Under the pieces are notes generated by a model, which saw nothing but the letters and a program-made list of their open reading frames with translations, was not told the DNA's origin and searched no databases. A stretch of 64,000 nt of DNA from Raillietiella orientalis (taxonomy: Eukaryota), in assembly GCA_036172245.1 (NCBI GenBank), contig JAYWIR010000009.1, positions 3,224,001 to 3,288,000 on the forward strand, given 5' to 3'. The position numbers were made by a program, and so were the translations under genes. Within the stretch, counting starts at the first letter, position 1; the number at the start of each line of letters is the position of its first letter. This document shows, one piece after another, positions 38,171 through 49,950 of the stretch.

Positions 38171-38679
38171 CCTCCCCCGCGTGTCTTTCGCTGATGCTTG
38201 CTGACTGAACAGCGGTGCAAGACAGTGCGCCCCGTTTCCTTGCCACCGAAGAAGAAACCTCCTACCTCCTGCGAGCCACAAGAAAGCATCGCTGGGAAGC
38301 AATCTTTTGCCAGCCTCCCATCGAGAGGAAAGGCGTCCTCAGCCGTCTCCTTTGCGGAGGGCGGCGGTCATTGTAGGAATAGGCAAATCGACGATTGGCA
38401 TCTTCCGGAAGCCTTAGAGCCAGAGCCCTTCGCGCCCGAAGAAGGAACGGCGCGCGCGCAACGGTCTTTCGCTCCTGGCGTACCTCCCACTCACCCCCCC
38501 CCCCCTTTTTTTAGCCTTCCTGGCTCCTACTGGCCTCAACGCCACCTTCTCCCCATTTCCCTTTCATGACTCCCAGGAAAGTTTCCTAGGACTCCAGGGG
38601 AGGAGAGGGAGTGTAGCTGTGAGAGGCTGGAGTTGAACCGACTCTTGCGGGAAGGAGGAAGGAAGGGGTGCAGCAGCTT

Positions 38680-39800
38680 CGAAGGGAGCTCTGCGTCCCA
38701 ACTGTCAAAGGAACACCCCTTTTGAATCTTGGAGGGAGGGCACGGCAAACCAGGCGCTCAGAGGAACAGGGAAATCCACAAACACTGCTTCCTGGAGCGA
38801 TCGGTAGCCTCCCGGAGGCTGCGCTTTCCCGGAGGCGCCTTCGGGAAAGTCCTCCACGGTTTCCGGATCGGGATCGAGAGTAGGGAGGGGGAGAAAGACT
38901 CGTTAGCCTCGACGGAGTGGGGGGAGGTCCGTCACGTGAGGAACGAACCCCCTGTGCGCTTCCGGCGCAGGAATCGTTGGCCACCGGGACTGCCGGCACA
39001 CCTTCTTTGGAAGGTGCTAAGCAAGAGGGGAAGGATGAGGATGCCGGATTCTCTCCCGTCTGATGAAAAATGCCCGAAGCTCCATCCACCTGGATGCGCG
39101 CCGAAGAAAACGCATCCCTATTCCTGGCCCTCGATTCAGGAAGCAGGTTTAGCAAAGCCCTCCCCGTGGTTAGAAGACCGGCTCTGGTAGGCGCACTGAG
39201 GAAGGAATGGGCACTGTCGAGGACACGTCCGATTTGTTCTCGCTCTGTCCTCGCTCTGTCCTCAGGTGCGAGGGGGCATCCCTAAAGGAGCTCGGGGCAG
39301 GGGACCCACGGTCCATTGGAGCGCCGCACCCTCGAGCGGGGATGTCCGTCCTCGTGCCTTTCAGAGGAGAACTCCCTACACGCGTCCTGATCCGGAGACC
39401 CGGAGCGGGAGAGCTCGTTCCGGAATTCCAGGATGAGGGCTTCCCTGATGACACAACAAATGGTTCCTTCCGCAACTTCACCTCGCGTCACTTCCGACTC
39501 CGCCAACCTTGAGCGCATCCATCTTGTTGATTGGCAAACATATGTCACTGGGGTAGCGTGGGGCCCAGACGGCTCTTCGCGGAAGCGATTACGGTCCGTG
39601 CGAAGCCCAGCTCCCTCTGGCACTTGTGCGGCAGCTACATGGAACGAACCGTTCCTCTGTCTTCCAGCCCCGAAGTCAATCGAGTGGATCCTCTGTCATT
39701 CTGCACGGGATTCAGGGGCGTTCCGCATCGACCCCGGAACGCCTTCCGGCAGCCTGTCCCCCGCGCTCCTTCACCTCCAGCGCTGAACGAGGGTCTTGGT
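38680..39800 (+). mobile_element. Decayed LINE APE endonuclease fragment
   Basis: Motifs in order: 'LLNLGG' (LNVRG), 'GSLPEAALS' (LQETH), 'EAPST..RAEENASLF' (YAP...ER..FF), 'GAGDP' (GGDFN), 'RNFTSR' (FT) and 'ANLERIHL' (RLDRIY). Confidence 0.5.
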
Positions 39801-40164
39801 GGAGCAGTGCCGGAATTTCCCAGCATCACACAGAAGAGCGGAAGATTCGCACTCGCCGTCGATACCTGTGGTGGGAGCCTTCTCCAGGGGTTGGTCCACA
39901 AGGGATGTCTTCCCGCAGAGAAAGGTCACAGGCCCTCTGCGAAACCGAGAGAAAAATACGCTGACCGACCGTTGGCATTCCGTCCATCCATTCGTCCAAT
40001 TACATCATCGGCCTCGCGTAAACAGATCGCGCACCATTTTCGGAAAGTCTTGAAGAGCCAGCTGTCACCTGCCAGAGAACATGATGTTGCGCACGCGGTC
40101 AGTAGCCCTTGCGCCCCTTCAACTCCAAGGATCCACTCAGTGGCGGAGGGTTGCTTCCTAGACT

Positions 40165-40310
40165 CTTCTCTTCTTCCTGTTCTCTTCCTCTCCTTATCCT
40201 TCCTTCTTCCTCCTCCTCCTCCTTCTCCCTTCTCTCTTTCTCCTTCTCTTTCCTCCCTCCCCCCTTCCTCGTCCCCCTTTCCTCTCTTCCCCCCCCTCCT
40301 CTCTCTTTCG
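40165..40310. repeat. Polypyrimidine (CT-rich) low-complexity tract
   Basis: Almost exclusively C/T. Similar tracts at about 2045-2110, 16230-16310, 17070-17225, 41350-41480, 50310-50400, 51585-51730, 53505-53635 and 55385-55700. Confidence 0.92.
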
Positions 40311-42647
40311 GCGGTTTGATGGGTTCAGCTGAGCTCTCGCCAGCCCAACGCGTTCTCGTATTTTCCGAGAGCCGAGACTTCCCGTGAACCTCACGCGCCA
40401 TCCCTCCAGAAGTTGCGTGTGAGAGGACTCTTCTATTCCCACCGAGTGCGTGTGGTTACCAGCGGTGACGGAGAGACGCAAGCCGTTCAAGCGTCTTTCG
40501 CGAGGGCGCTGCCTTGGCTTCCCTCTGGTCACTGGCAGCGAACGGGTGCGGGCGATTTGATGGAGCGGTGCGACGTGTGGATTATTCCGCCCTTCTGAAT
40601 CTGGCCGAGGGATCGCCCCAGCGACCGGATCGCCTTGTCGAAACCGAGACGACTACCGGAGGAGCATCGCGTGCAAGAGCGGTGCGACTCATCTCCGAGT
40701 TTGAGGCAGTCGCTCCGGCGATCGACGAAGGCTGCTGCGTTCGTTGACATCTCCCGGAACAGTTAGCTCCTAAAGAAACCTAAGAATCGAAAGTGATCCT
40801 GCCTGGCCCCACCCATGACCTCGCACTTTTGATGGATGTTTTGTGCCCGCCAACCGAAGCGACTCCGTTGCTTTCAACGGAGTCGCTTCGGACTACATGG
40901 AGGTGCTGAGAACCCAGCTGAAAGAGTGTGCCTGGGAGCTGTACATGCGCGTGCGCACTGTACACACACACATGCACGGTGGAGGTGACGAAGAAGCCTC
41001 GGGCAAGAACCAGCACATGGTATGTCATCCCGGCGCTTCGGGATCACTGAGATCCTGCCGAGTTCTGTAGAAAAGACAGGTGGAAATCGCATGGATCTCT
41101 CGTGAGCGCGACTACGAGGACGGCAGCGACGCTCCCTAAGAGGCTGCGAAACGCAATCAACTGTGACAGTCCCGGAGATCTGCTGGAAACCGTAGGACTC
41201 GGGCAGGAGTTTCGGTCTGACTGCTGTCTCGCGCCCTGGCCATTTAAAGCGTTCCGCATGTCCGCACAGACATCGAGAAGGAGGGAGGGGAACCTCCACT
41301 GTTTGCAACTCCTTCTCCCCGCCATTGCATTCGCAACTGCATTTCCGGTATCTTCTCTCTTTCTCCTTCTCTTCTTCCTCTCCTTCTCCTCTCTTCCTTT
41401 TCTTTCTCCTTCTCTCCCCGTCTCTCTCCCCTTTCTCTCATCCTCTCCTTCTTCCTCCCCTTCCTCCTTTTCTTTTTTTGCATGCGCGTGTCTGCATTCA
41501 CGGAGAGCGTGGACCCGGCATGCTTTCCGGGACACCTCTAAGATGCTTTTTTTTCTGGACTGCGTCCGCGATGATGCTTGCGGATGAGCGAGGCGAATGC
41601 TAACCATAAGCGGGCGCGGGAGTCCTCCGGAAGCCCCGCTGTCAGGGTTTCAGGTTTTCGTCCCCCTTTCTTTCCAATTACTCGGGCAGTCTCGGTACGA
41701 AAGGATGCTCAGCCGTTCGAGCAACGAATGTCTCCGCCGCCACCTCCGCGGACTTCCTGTCCGGAGGGTCCCATTTCCTCGCCGCGGGATCCCATTTCCT
41801 CGGGAATGGCGAAGCGTCCTTCTTTTTCCCGCGGAGCCCAGCGCTTTTCCTTTCTTCCCGCTCCCCAAAGTCTCTCTGGTCCGGAAGACGGATTCGTTTT
41901 ATTACCGCGGTCCCGTGCTGCCCTGCCACACCAGGTCCGCCTCGGGATGAGACGAACTAGCGCCTTCCCATTTGATTGCGGCCATTTGGATGATGCGACC
42001 CGGTGGAGAATCCGCTCGGGTCGGGTAATGCCGCGGAACAGCGCGCTGCCGGCAAAGATGGATCGATCCAATCATCTCCTTGACCACGCGAGCAGCGTGC
42101 CGCTCGCGCCTTCCGGTTTCGCCCGGCGTTTCGACCTGCGGAACCGGGACCTCCGACCTACCCCCCCTCCAGAAACGAGGGGTCTCTCCTTCCTGCACCG
42201 CGCGATCGCCTCACCCTCTTCGTTGATCCGACGCGCACCCACTGGGTAGGAGGAAACAAAGGGGGAGGGAGCAGGGGGTGAAAGAAACAAGAGGAGGAGG
42301 AAAGAAGGAAGAGGAGGAGGAACGCGGCAACGCCCAGTTCGTTTCTCTAGCCGAGAGCGCTTCCTCCCATCCGGATGGGGCTCGGCCGGTTCCCGGGAAG
42401 AACCTCCGGGTCGCCCCCTAGTGGGAACTCTCTCTGCTCGCCCGTTCCCGTCGCTCCACCCTTCCGAGTCGCCAGCAGATGTTCATCCTGCTGGTATGAT
42501 GGAGAAAAAAAAGGGACGGCACCATGCCTCAGTGGGAATCGCGCCCAAGGAGTGCGCCTACTGCAGGATCGTGGAGACCCTGCCGCACGTAGCAGCTCTT
42601 GAACGAGGTAGGCTGCTCCGGGGGTGAGCTGCGGCCTCCCGGTGGTG

Positions 42648-42897
42648 CCTCCTCGAGGGACGCGTCCTCCGTCGGTGGCCCCTGAGACGGGTGGAGGACG
42701 GGGTCTCCCTCCATTCCCAGGCACGGTCCGAGCTGGGCTCTGGGGTGGAGCCGTAGCGGTGGCAGAGTCCCCCACTTCCTGCTCCCTCCCGATGCGAGCC
42801 CGGCGGATCCCGTCTGTTCGTGAACCCCCTTCCTCCCACTTGTGACCTTTCCCAGGTGCAAATAGGGAGAGACAACTGGACCCTGCCTCGCTGTATC
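42648..42897. repeat. Dispersed repeat copy 2 (homologous to 25467-25720)
   Basis: See copy 1. On the minus strand it is followed by a knuckle-like 'KSCYV/TCGRVSTIL'. Confidence 0.8.
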
Positions 42898-43039
42898 CTT
42901 GCAGATCTGGGGTGGGAATGCCCTCCCGTTCCTGGCTCGCCGATGGACTCTCAGAGAGCTCTCAGTACGATGGGTCCGGAACCTACGGCTCCATTGGGGT
43001 AGTCGGCCGTTCTTCTCATGGGCCGACTCGCCGCCCAAG

Positions 43040-43520
43040 GGCACGGGGCAGGGGAAAGGGGATGAAGTGAGGAAGAGGCGCCAGGGAGCGCTGGCCGGAC
43101 ACACGTCCGGTCAGGGTCCACGTAGACGCTGGAGGATGCGCGCGTTCCCACTTTGGGGGGCGCGCGCAGTGCGTGGAAAAGTCGGGGAGGGGGGAGGCGG
43201 ACACGGCCTCCCCTTGAACAGCGGCCCTCCGGAAGCCTCTCCTCACAAGCTAACGCCCGCCGCTGTTCCCGGTCGCCTCCGGGATGATCCTGACGCCACC
43301 CCTATTTACGCGCCCGCTGAAAGGCGGAAGCCACTCGGCGTGACGTTTATGGCGCCGGGCCGCTGCAGTCTACCCCGACTTCCTGCGAGGGATGGCGGCA
43401 GTGTGCGCCGCAGTCCGGGCAGGGATCCCGGAGGCTTCTCTTCAGGAGCGACCTACTCGGCATCCGGGAGCCGCGCTAGCGGCGCACTCCTTCCGGAAGA
43501 GCGATGGTCCCGCTGAGAAA
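43040..43520 (+). mobile_element. Decayed LINE APE fragment
   Basis: 'ALAGHT...WRMRAFPLWGARAVRG', 'VPGRL...TPIYAPAERRK' (cf. GR.L...NIYAP..ER) and 'RDGGSV...RD', in one frame. Confidence 0.5.
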
Positions 43521-43929
43521 TTTTCCTCGCCCTTTTTGTTTTTTTTTTGTGGTGAGCCAAGGGCCTCCCTGGAGGAAGTATGGGGGAAGGAGAAGCTTCG
43601 GCGAACGCGTGGGCGGGCTGTTTTTCGGGGAGCCACCCGAGATCCGCTCTGCTCAAGATAAGAACGTGGCCAGCCTTCCAGGAGCCACGAGTCGCCCCAC
43701 GGCTCGCTGGCGCTGAAGGCCCTTTGCGGGAAACGGAAGCTGGCAGACATCCCGAACCAGTTGCAGCGGTGGAAGGGAACTCTACCTGTTTGGGGGAAGG
43801 GGGAGAGGGAAACATATCTTCAGGAACGACGCCTGAGATCTTTTGCAGTTGCCCGATGCAAGAGGAGGAGGGCCGCTGCACCGGAGGACTCGCAGCCGGC
43901 TCGCCAGTGACCGCATCGGCACCCACTGG

Positions 43930-44280
43930 CAAGGAGGGGAGGGGGAGAGTAAATAAAGGAGGGAGGGATCAGGAATTGAAAGAAACAGGAGGAGAAGGAA
44001 AGAAGGAGGGGAATGAGGAGGGAAGAGGAGGAGAGGAAGGGAGGAAGAGGAGAGGAAGAGAGAAGGAGGAGGAGGAATGGAGGAGAAGGACGAGAAAAAG
44101 AGAGGTAGGAAGGGAGAAAGAGAGGAGGTGGAAGTAGAGGAAAGGAGGAGGAACAGAGGAAGAGATGAGGGAAAAAGGAGGAGGCGGAGGAGGTGGAGGA
44201 AGGAAGGAAGGGAGAGAGGGAGGGAGAAGGAGGAAGAGGAGAAAGAAAGGGGGAAGAGGAAGGAATGGAAGAGCAAAAGG
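43930..44280. repeat. Polypurine (GA-rich) low-complexity tract, about 350 bp
   Basis: Nearly pure A/G. Confidence 0.95.
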
Positions 44281-45319
44281 ATGTGCACTCATGCACCGAG
44301 CAGTCACGCGATCCGAGGTCGTTTCCAGCCGCTGCGAGTCTCCTGCTCGACCACCGCCTATCATCGGTCCTCCTCCGTGCTGCTGAGGTGTGCGCCGCCA
44401 CCGCCGCCTGTCGGGGCGCGGGAAAAGCATTCAGGGAGAGTACGGCCGTTCCGCAACCTCGAAGAAGAAAGGGGAAGAGAGTCCCTAAGAGAGATACTTT
44501 CGTTGCACTCGCCTCTGCGCCTCATCCCCCTTTCCGAAAAAAAAGGATGGAGTAAAATGAGTTAAATGTTAAGAGAGGAACGGGAGGAAGGGACGGCGAC
44601 CACCCTCCCTCCCAGCGGGAGCCGGGAATGGCCACGTGCTTGCATCAGGGGACCCAGGCAGGGCTTCTCCCGGATGACACAAAAAAGAGTAGGAATCGGA
44701 AGAGGAGGAGAGAGCGCTGACTGCACGCACAGAGAGGGGCAGCGGCGGGCCGTTTTTTTATTTATTTTTTCCTCCCATCCCAAGGCGTCCCTGCCGGTGA
44801 ATCGTCCTCCGCGAAATGGCCGGATACGGGTCGAGATCGATTCGCTCCTTTTGTGGTCACGCTGGATAAAAGAGTCCCGTCGCCATAGATGATTGGATTC
44901 ATATTGAAGAGCAGCGGATGCTGTGCCGCGGCACGTGACTCCGCAGTTTTCCGCAACCCTTGCAGGAGCGAACCGCAATCACGGCGGGCCGCCGCATCCC
45001 GAAGGAGTCCTTATTTATTGACAGAGGAGAGGAGGCAGCAGACTCCTCCTCCCTGAGGCACCCATCGCGCGGCGGCCGCGGATCGCCCTCCCGACGAGCA
45101 GCGGACTGCAACCCAGGCGGGAGCGGGAAGGACGAGCGAGAGGGACCTCCGGACCGCCTCGTGATGAGTGCTGCCGCTCTCCAGAGGGCGAATTCGTCCA
45201 GAGAGGAGGACACGCAGACATTGAGCCTTGGGGTTTCTCAGAAACGTGGCGCCACCGCCATGCATGATCCCTGGAGAAGTCATGTGAGCCAGTTTGCCCG
45301 CACTGGTCGCAGAAACGAA

Positions 45320-45555
45320 GGAAGAATGCAGGATGATGGATGGAAGAATGGAAGTGGAATTGTAGAATGGAGGAAGGGTTGAACAATGGAGAAGGAATCG
45401 AAGCGTGAAGGAGGAATTGTGGGATGGAGGAGTAATGTTCTAATGAAGGAGGAATCGAAGAATTGTAGAGTGGTTGTAGAGTGGAAGAGGAGTGGAAGGA
45501 TGGAAGAGGAATGGAAGAATGGAGGAGGAATGGACGAACGGACTAGGAGTGAAGG
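45320..45555. repeat. Degenerate GGAAT/GAAG/GGAG-type purine-rich repeat
   Basis: Recurrent 'gaatgga', 'gaattgtaga' and 'gagtgga' units. Confidence 0.75.
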
Positions 45556-45559
45556 ACGA

Positions 45560-45880
45560 AAGACGCGAGGACGCTCCCTCGCTGCCCCTCTCCAGCTGAT
45601 GAAGAACGCGACCGAGGAGGCAGCCCCGAAGAGCAAAGAGGCGTTCTCTTCGGCTTGCAGGAAGCTCCGGGACGAAAGGTCCTCCAGCCGAAAAGAACAG
45701 CCCTTCGCTCTTCCTCCCGCGCTCCCCCATCCGTGCGCAGTGCCCCTGAAAGACTCGCTGCTCCCCAGAGCTCCCTCTTCCTCCTCCTCGGAGCTGGGGA
45801 TCCCCAGACAAAGGCGCGCGCTGCCAGCTCTTCCTCCTCCAAGCACTTTTGGTTTCTGCGTGGCCCCGGGGCAATGACTC
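45560..45880 (-). mobile_element. Decayed LINE APE fragment of the same family as 38680-39800
   Basis: 'LQAEENASLL' vs 'RAEENASLF'; nucleotides 'gccgaagagaacgcctc' vs 'gccgaagaaaacgcatc'. Confidence 0.45.
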
Positions 45881-47049
45881 ACGCACGTCTATTAAAGATG
45901 GAAATTAATCTCTCCGTACCATCGAGATTGTTTTTCCGCGCCGTCAGAGACGCCCTGGGGCGCCCGCAAGAAAAGAAAGGAAAAGAAAAGACGGAAAAAA
46001 AAGTGAAGCAGAGGGCGGGCAGGAGGAGGACCTTGGCAGCGGGTGCTGCCATACGCGGCGGCATGATGAGGTCATTAGCTCGCGCCCGTACCACCGGCTC
46101 GGCGGGAAGCGGCCGCGCGCCACCTTCGTATCTCCCAAGGCTTTCTCTGCATGCGCGCCTGCGGCCGGCTTCCCTCGCCCTCCGCCAGCCCGAGATGCGT
46201 GGGGAGGCAGCGGCGGCGGGAAGAGGAAGAGGAGGAAAGCCGGAGCAGGCAAAGCGCGTGGGGTCGCGCGCCTCGGCGGGGTGCATCGCCCGAGGGCGAG
46301 GGAGGAAAAAGCAAAAGCGCGCGGTCGCGGTCCCCTGGAAGTGCGAAAAGCGCGCAGGGGAGTGCGGTCCAGCGGAAGGCGTAGCCTCCTCCCCCGTTGC
46401 CTCCGCCCAGATCCATCATCCCAGTGTCAACAGATCGTCCGCGATCGCGGGAGGAACAAAAGCGGCTCCTCCCCCGGCGCGCGCAGATGCGCCGCGCGCG
46501 CGCCGAGACGCTCGGACCCGCGCGGACTGATGCGTCATCGCCGTCATCATTTATCCCGGACGGAGCCGAGCCTGCGCGCTTTGACCTCTGTGCAAACACG
46601 CGGGCCGCGGGGGCGCGGGATGTGGTGCGATTGTTGTCGGAGACAGCCGGCCCGCCCCCGCGGGGGCATCTCCCGTGTCAGCGTGTCTCCGGGGAGACGC
46701 GCCGGCTCCCGCATTGTTCCGCCCCCGAACCGGTCCGGAAGTTGCGTAGGGGGAGGCATGGGGTGGTGAGGAAGGGGAGAACCACGACCGTTTCGCACGA
46801 CGCGACCCCTCCGGCCGCATCTGGCCGCGAGCGGACGACCTGCCTGCCGGTACCCGGAACGGGGAGACCCCTACCCCGCTCCTCGCCTGTCTGAAGCGCC
46901 TCACCCCCCCCCCCCCAACCCGCGGCAGTGCAGTCGCCGCGGAACAGGAAGCCCGGGAGGAGAGGCGCTCCCCTTTCGCAGGGGCCTCCTGCTCCCCACA
47001 GGGTCATGCTGGGGCAGCACCAGCGGACGACGCGCCCTGGGGATGGAGT

Positions 47050-48830
47050 GGTTGGGGGGTGCGACCTTCGGAGGCAGAGTCGAGCGAGCGAACCTGGGGG
47101 ACAGCGGCGTCTCCCGTCTAGGAGCGGCCATCCTCCCAGACTCCCTTGATGCGGAGGTCACGGCGGCGCTTGAGGCGGAAGGGCGACTCCGCAGCAAGCG
47201 GGCGAGGAGAGCGCTCGGTAACCAGGGCGACGGGGAAGAGCCCGTGCCGGAAAGTCTCTCGCGTCCCTTCCGTCACGTGTTCGGCCTCTCGGGACAGGGA
47301 CCCGCGAGCGAGTGCTCCCTTTCTCCCCCCTGACCCTGACCAGGAGTCATCAGCGGCCCCGTTCCTGCGCAACCGCCCCTTTCCTCCCCGTTGCCGGGGA
47401 AGCAGCTCACCACTCCCTTCGGCGGGGGGAAGTCAGCGGCTTCCTCAAGTCGCCGTCGCGCCCTGCCGTGACCGCCGCGGCAGGCGGGAGAAACTCTGCC
47501 TCGTCCGAGGAAGCGCTCCGACCCAGTGCTCCGGGTGGTTGTCTTTCGTAGGGCTTCATGCCCTGACAGGGAGGTTGCCGGCCGCTCCGGGAGCGCGCTG
47601 GCGCTGCTCACCGCCGTTGTCGCTGCGCGGAGACACCTGGAGCGTGTTGCTACCTGAGCGGAAGCTCAGCGAACTGCCTGCGCGCGGTCTTCGGGCCGGC
47701 CTGGTCAGTTTGCCCTTCTGTCAACCACCCTCAACCTCCTCGAAGGACCTCGGACGTCGGCGTCACAAAGATCTCCTCCTGCATGCGCCGGCGGCACCCT
47801 CGGACGCCTCGTCGGCGTGGAGGAGGTCATGACGGCGTCTTCCTCGAGGTCGCTGCTGGAGCGCGCCTTCGGTCCTCGGCGAGGTGACGGCACCTCGCCG
47901 AGAGTTCCCCAGAGTGCGCCGCCGGCTCAGGTCTTTGTCCGAGGACACGCCTCTTCAGTGCCCTGAGGGCGTCTTCCGGATGCAGCAAGCCTGTGGACTC
48001 AACCACGCGGTGTAGCCACCGCCCCGGCAGGCACCGGAGGTGGAGCGGGAGAGCAATGGAAGGATTTCCTCGTGGAGGAGGGGTCAACCCTCGGGCGGAG
48101 TGGGTACTGCGCCCGTCCCGGAAGAACCCGTGGCTCAAGAGCGATCGCTCTCTGACTCCTCGCGTGGTTGGGCCGGAGGCAAGAGGATGGAGGGACGGGG
48201 AGCTGGGGGAAGGCGGCCGGAGGGGGAAGGGCGCAGATCGCCTCGGAAGGTGCTCGGCACAGAGCAGGAGACTGGGTCGAGCAGGGTGCGTGCGCAGCCG
48301 CCGCCCCCCCCCCGAGGTGCGTTTCTTCACTAGCAGCACCAGGTCGTTCGGGCGGTCCGCGATTCGGCCCCACGGGAGCTGGAGTGGGCTTCGTGCCCCA
48401 GGGAAGGGGGGGAAACCTCGGGTGAGTTTGCTGGGCGTATCTCCTCCCTTTGTAGCAATCCGGTGAGGAGCTGCGCCTCAGGGAAGTAGCCAAGGTCAAG
48501 ATGGCATCGTGCCTGTCGGTTGTCCGGCACTCCCTTTGAGAGACCGTTCCCTCCAGCTGACCCTCTTCGTGCCCCCGGTGGCTGGAGGCTGCGCATGCAC
48601 TGCGAGTAAAAATGACGTCACCCCCTGTCATGTCGGACGCCTCATCCCTGCCCTGGAAGCAGTGGACGCTCTCTGCCCGCCGCGGTCGCTCCGGGGGCTC
48701 GCGCGGTTCCTCCCCCGAGGCCGGCCCTCCAGAAAAACCTCAGAGGTGGCGGGCTCCTGGTCTGACGACAGGGGCTGCGTCCGGAGTAGGGTGGAGCAGG
48801 CTGCTTCCCCTTCGTGACCCTCACGAGAGG
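47050..48830 (+). mobile_element. Decayed L1/Tx1-like RT region (possibly two fused pieces)
   Basis: 'DSLDAEVTAALE...GDGEEPVPESLSRPFRHVFG' (domain 0), 'AGLVSL...RHKDLL', 'GIVPVGCPALPL' (cf. GVRQGCPLSPL), 'TASKNDVT' (cf. YADDVT) and 'KTSEVAGSW'. Confidence 0.5.
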
Positions 48831-49399
48831 CGGGCGAACACGGCTGGGTTCGCCCCACGGCACGCTCCCAGAGAGGCTCCAGGGTCGGGCTCGAGGAAAG
48901 CCGGCGCTCGGTGCCCGGGGAAAGCCGCCGCCGCGCCATGTGCGGCGGGAGAAATGTGACGGATCGGGAGGGGGGAGTCGCTCAGGTGCGCTCCGACCAC
49001 CGGTGCAGGCGGAGAACCGCCAGCAGACCAATTCGGCTACCTCCACGGTCGCCGCCGTGCGTGCTCTCTCCCCCTCCCCTCCCTCCCTGCGGGAAGTGCC
49101 TGAGCCCCTTCCGAAAGCGGGGAAGCCAGCTAACGCGCCCCGAGCAAAGAGAAACCTCCGCAGAATCGCCAGCGCAGCCGCCGTCACCGCAGATCCTGGC
49201 CGCAGAAGCTTCTCGTGCAGCTCCGGGACGCTTTCATGTCGGTCCGCGGGAGTGTCCTGAGAATGAAGGAAGTCTCACGCTAAGGAAAGGGAGGAAGGGG
49301 GACGAGCAGGTGAAGACGGAAGCTGCTCATTTGCGCTGCCAGGTGGCGGACCCAGAGATTCCTGGTGCTCTCCACCCTCCCTTTCTCCTCCTCCTACCT

Positions 49400-49950
49400 C
49401 CCTCCCCTTCCTCTGTGATCTCGCGCGTCAAGCAGCTCCTGCAGGTTTCCCTCACGGCTCCCGCAGGCCTGAGCGCATGAATCCCCCCGTCTTTCAGACT
49501 GGTCGTTCGAGGATTCCCGTGGAAGGCAAGAGGCGCTGAGATGTTTCGAGACCGCAGCATCTTCTCCGGAGCCCGGAACCGCTGGTGACGACTCCAAAGT
49601 CGTCTCTTGAGATCCGTGCGAACGGCGACAGCAGCAGGGGAGGAGGAGGGTGCTCGTTTCTGTGAGATGCGTCGACATGGAGACGCGCGCTTCGGAAAGC
49701 CCAGCATCGAAAGAGAAACCGTGGCCGGAAGACTCTCCCAGAGGACCACGCGGCGAGGGGGACGCCGAGGTCGAGGAAGAACGCCAGCGGAGTTGCGCGA
49801 CCCGCCACTCCGCTGATGCCGCGGGTTGCCATGGTTCCACGTAGGGAGCGTTTCGAATCGGCGGGGTCGGGGAGGCTTTTCACGCGGGGCGAAGGGGCGG
49901 TCCTGTCTCCAAGAGGCCGCCACGGGGCGAGAATCGGACGGACCTCGGGC
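49400..49950 (-). mobile_element. Decayed LINE RT fragment
   Basis: 'VVLWESLPATVSLSMLGFP' (cf. V.W..L...L..LGF). Confidence 0.3.

Noticed and set aside
43580..44565. Glu/Arg/Lys-rich or Leu/Ser/Phe/Pro-rich 'membrane' ORFs
   Set aside because: Simple translations of the polypurine tract.
47827..48520. Minus-strand APE-like reading ('RYAQQTH', 'ESTGLL')
   Set aside because: The plus strand gives a longer ordered series of RT motifs. Not fully excluded without an HMM search.
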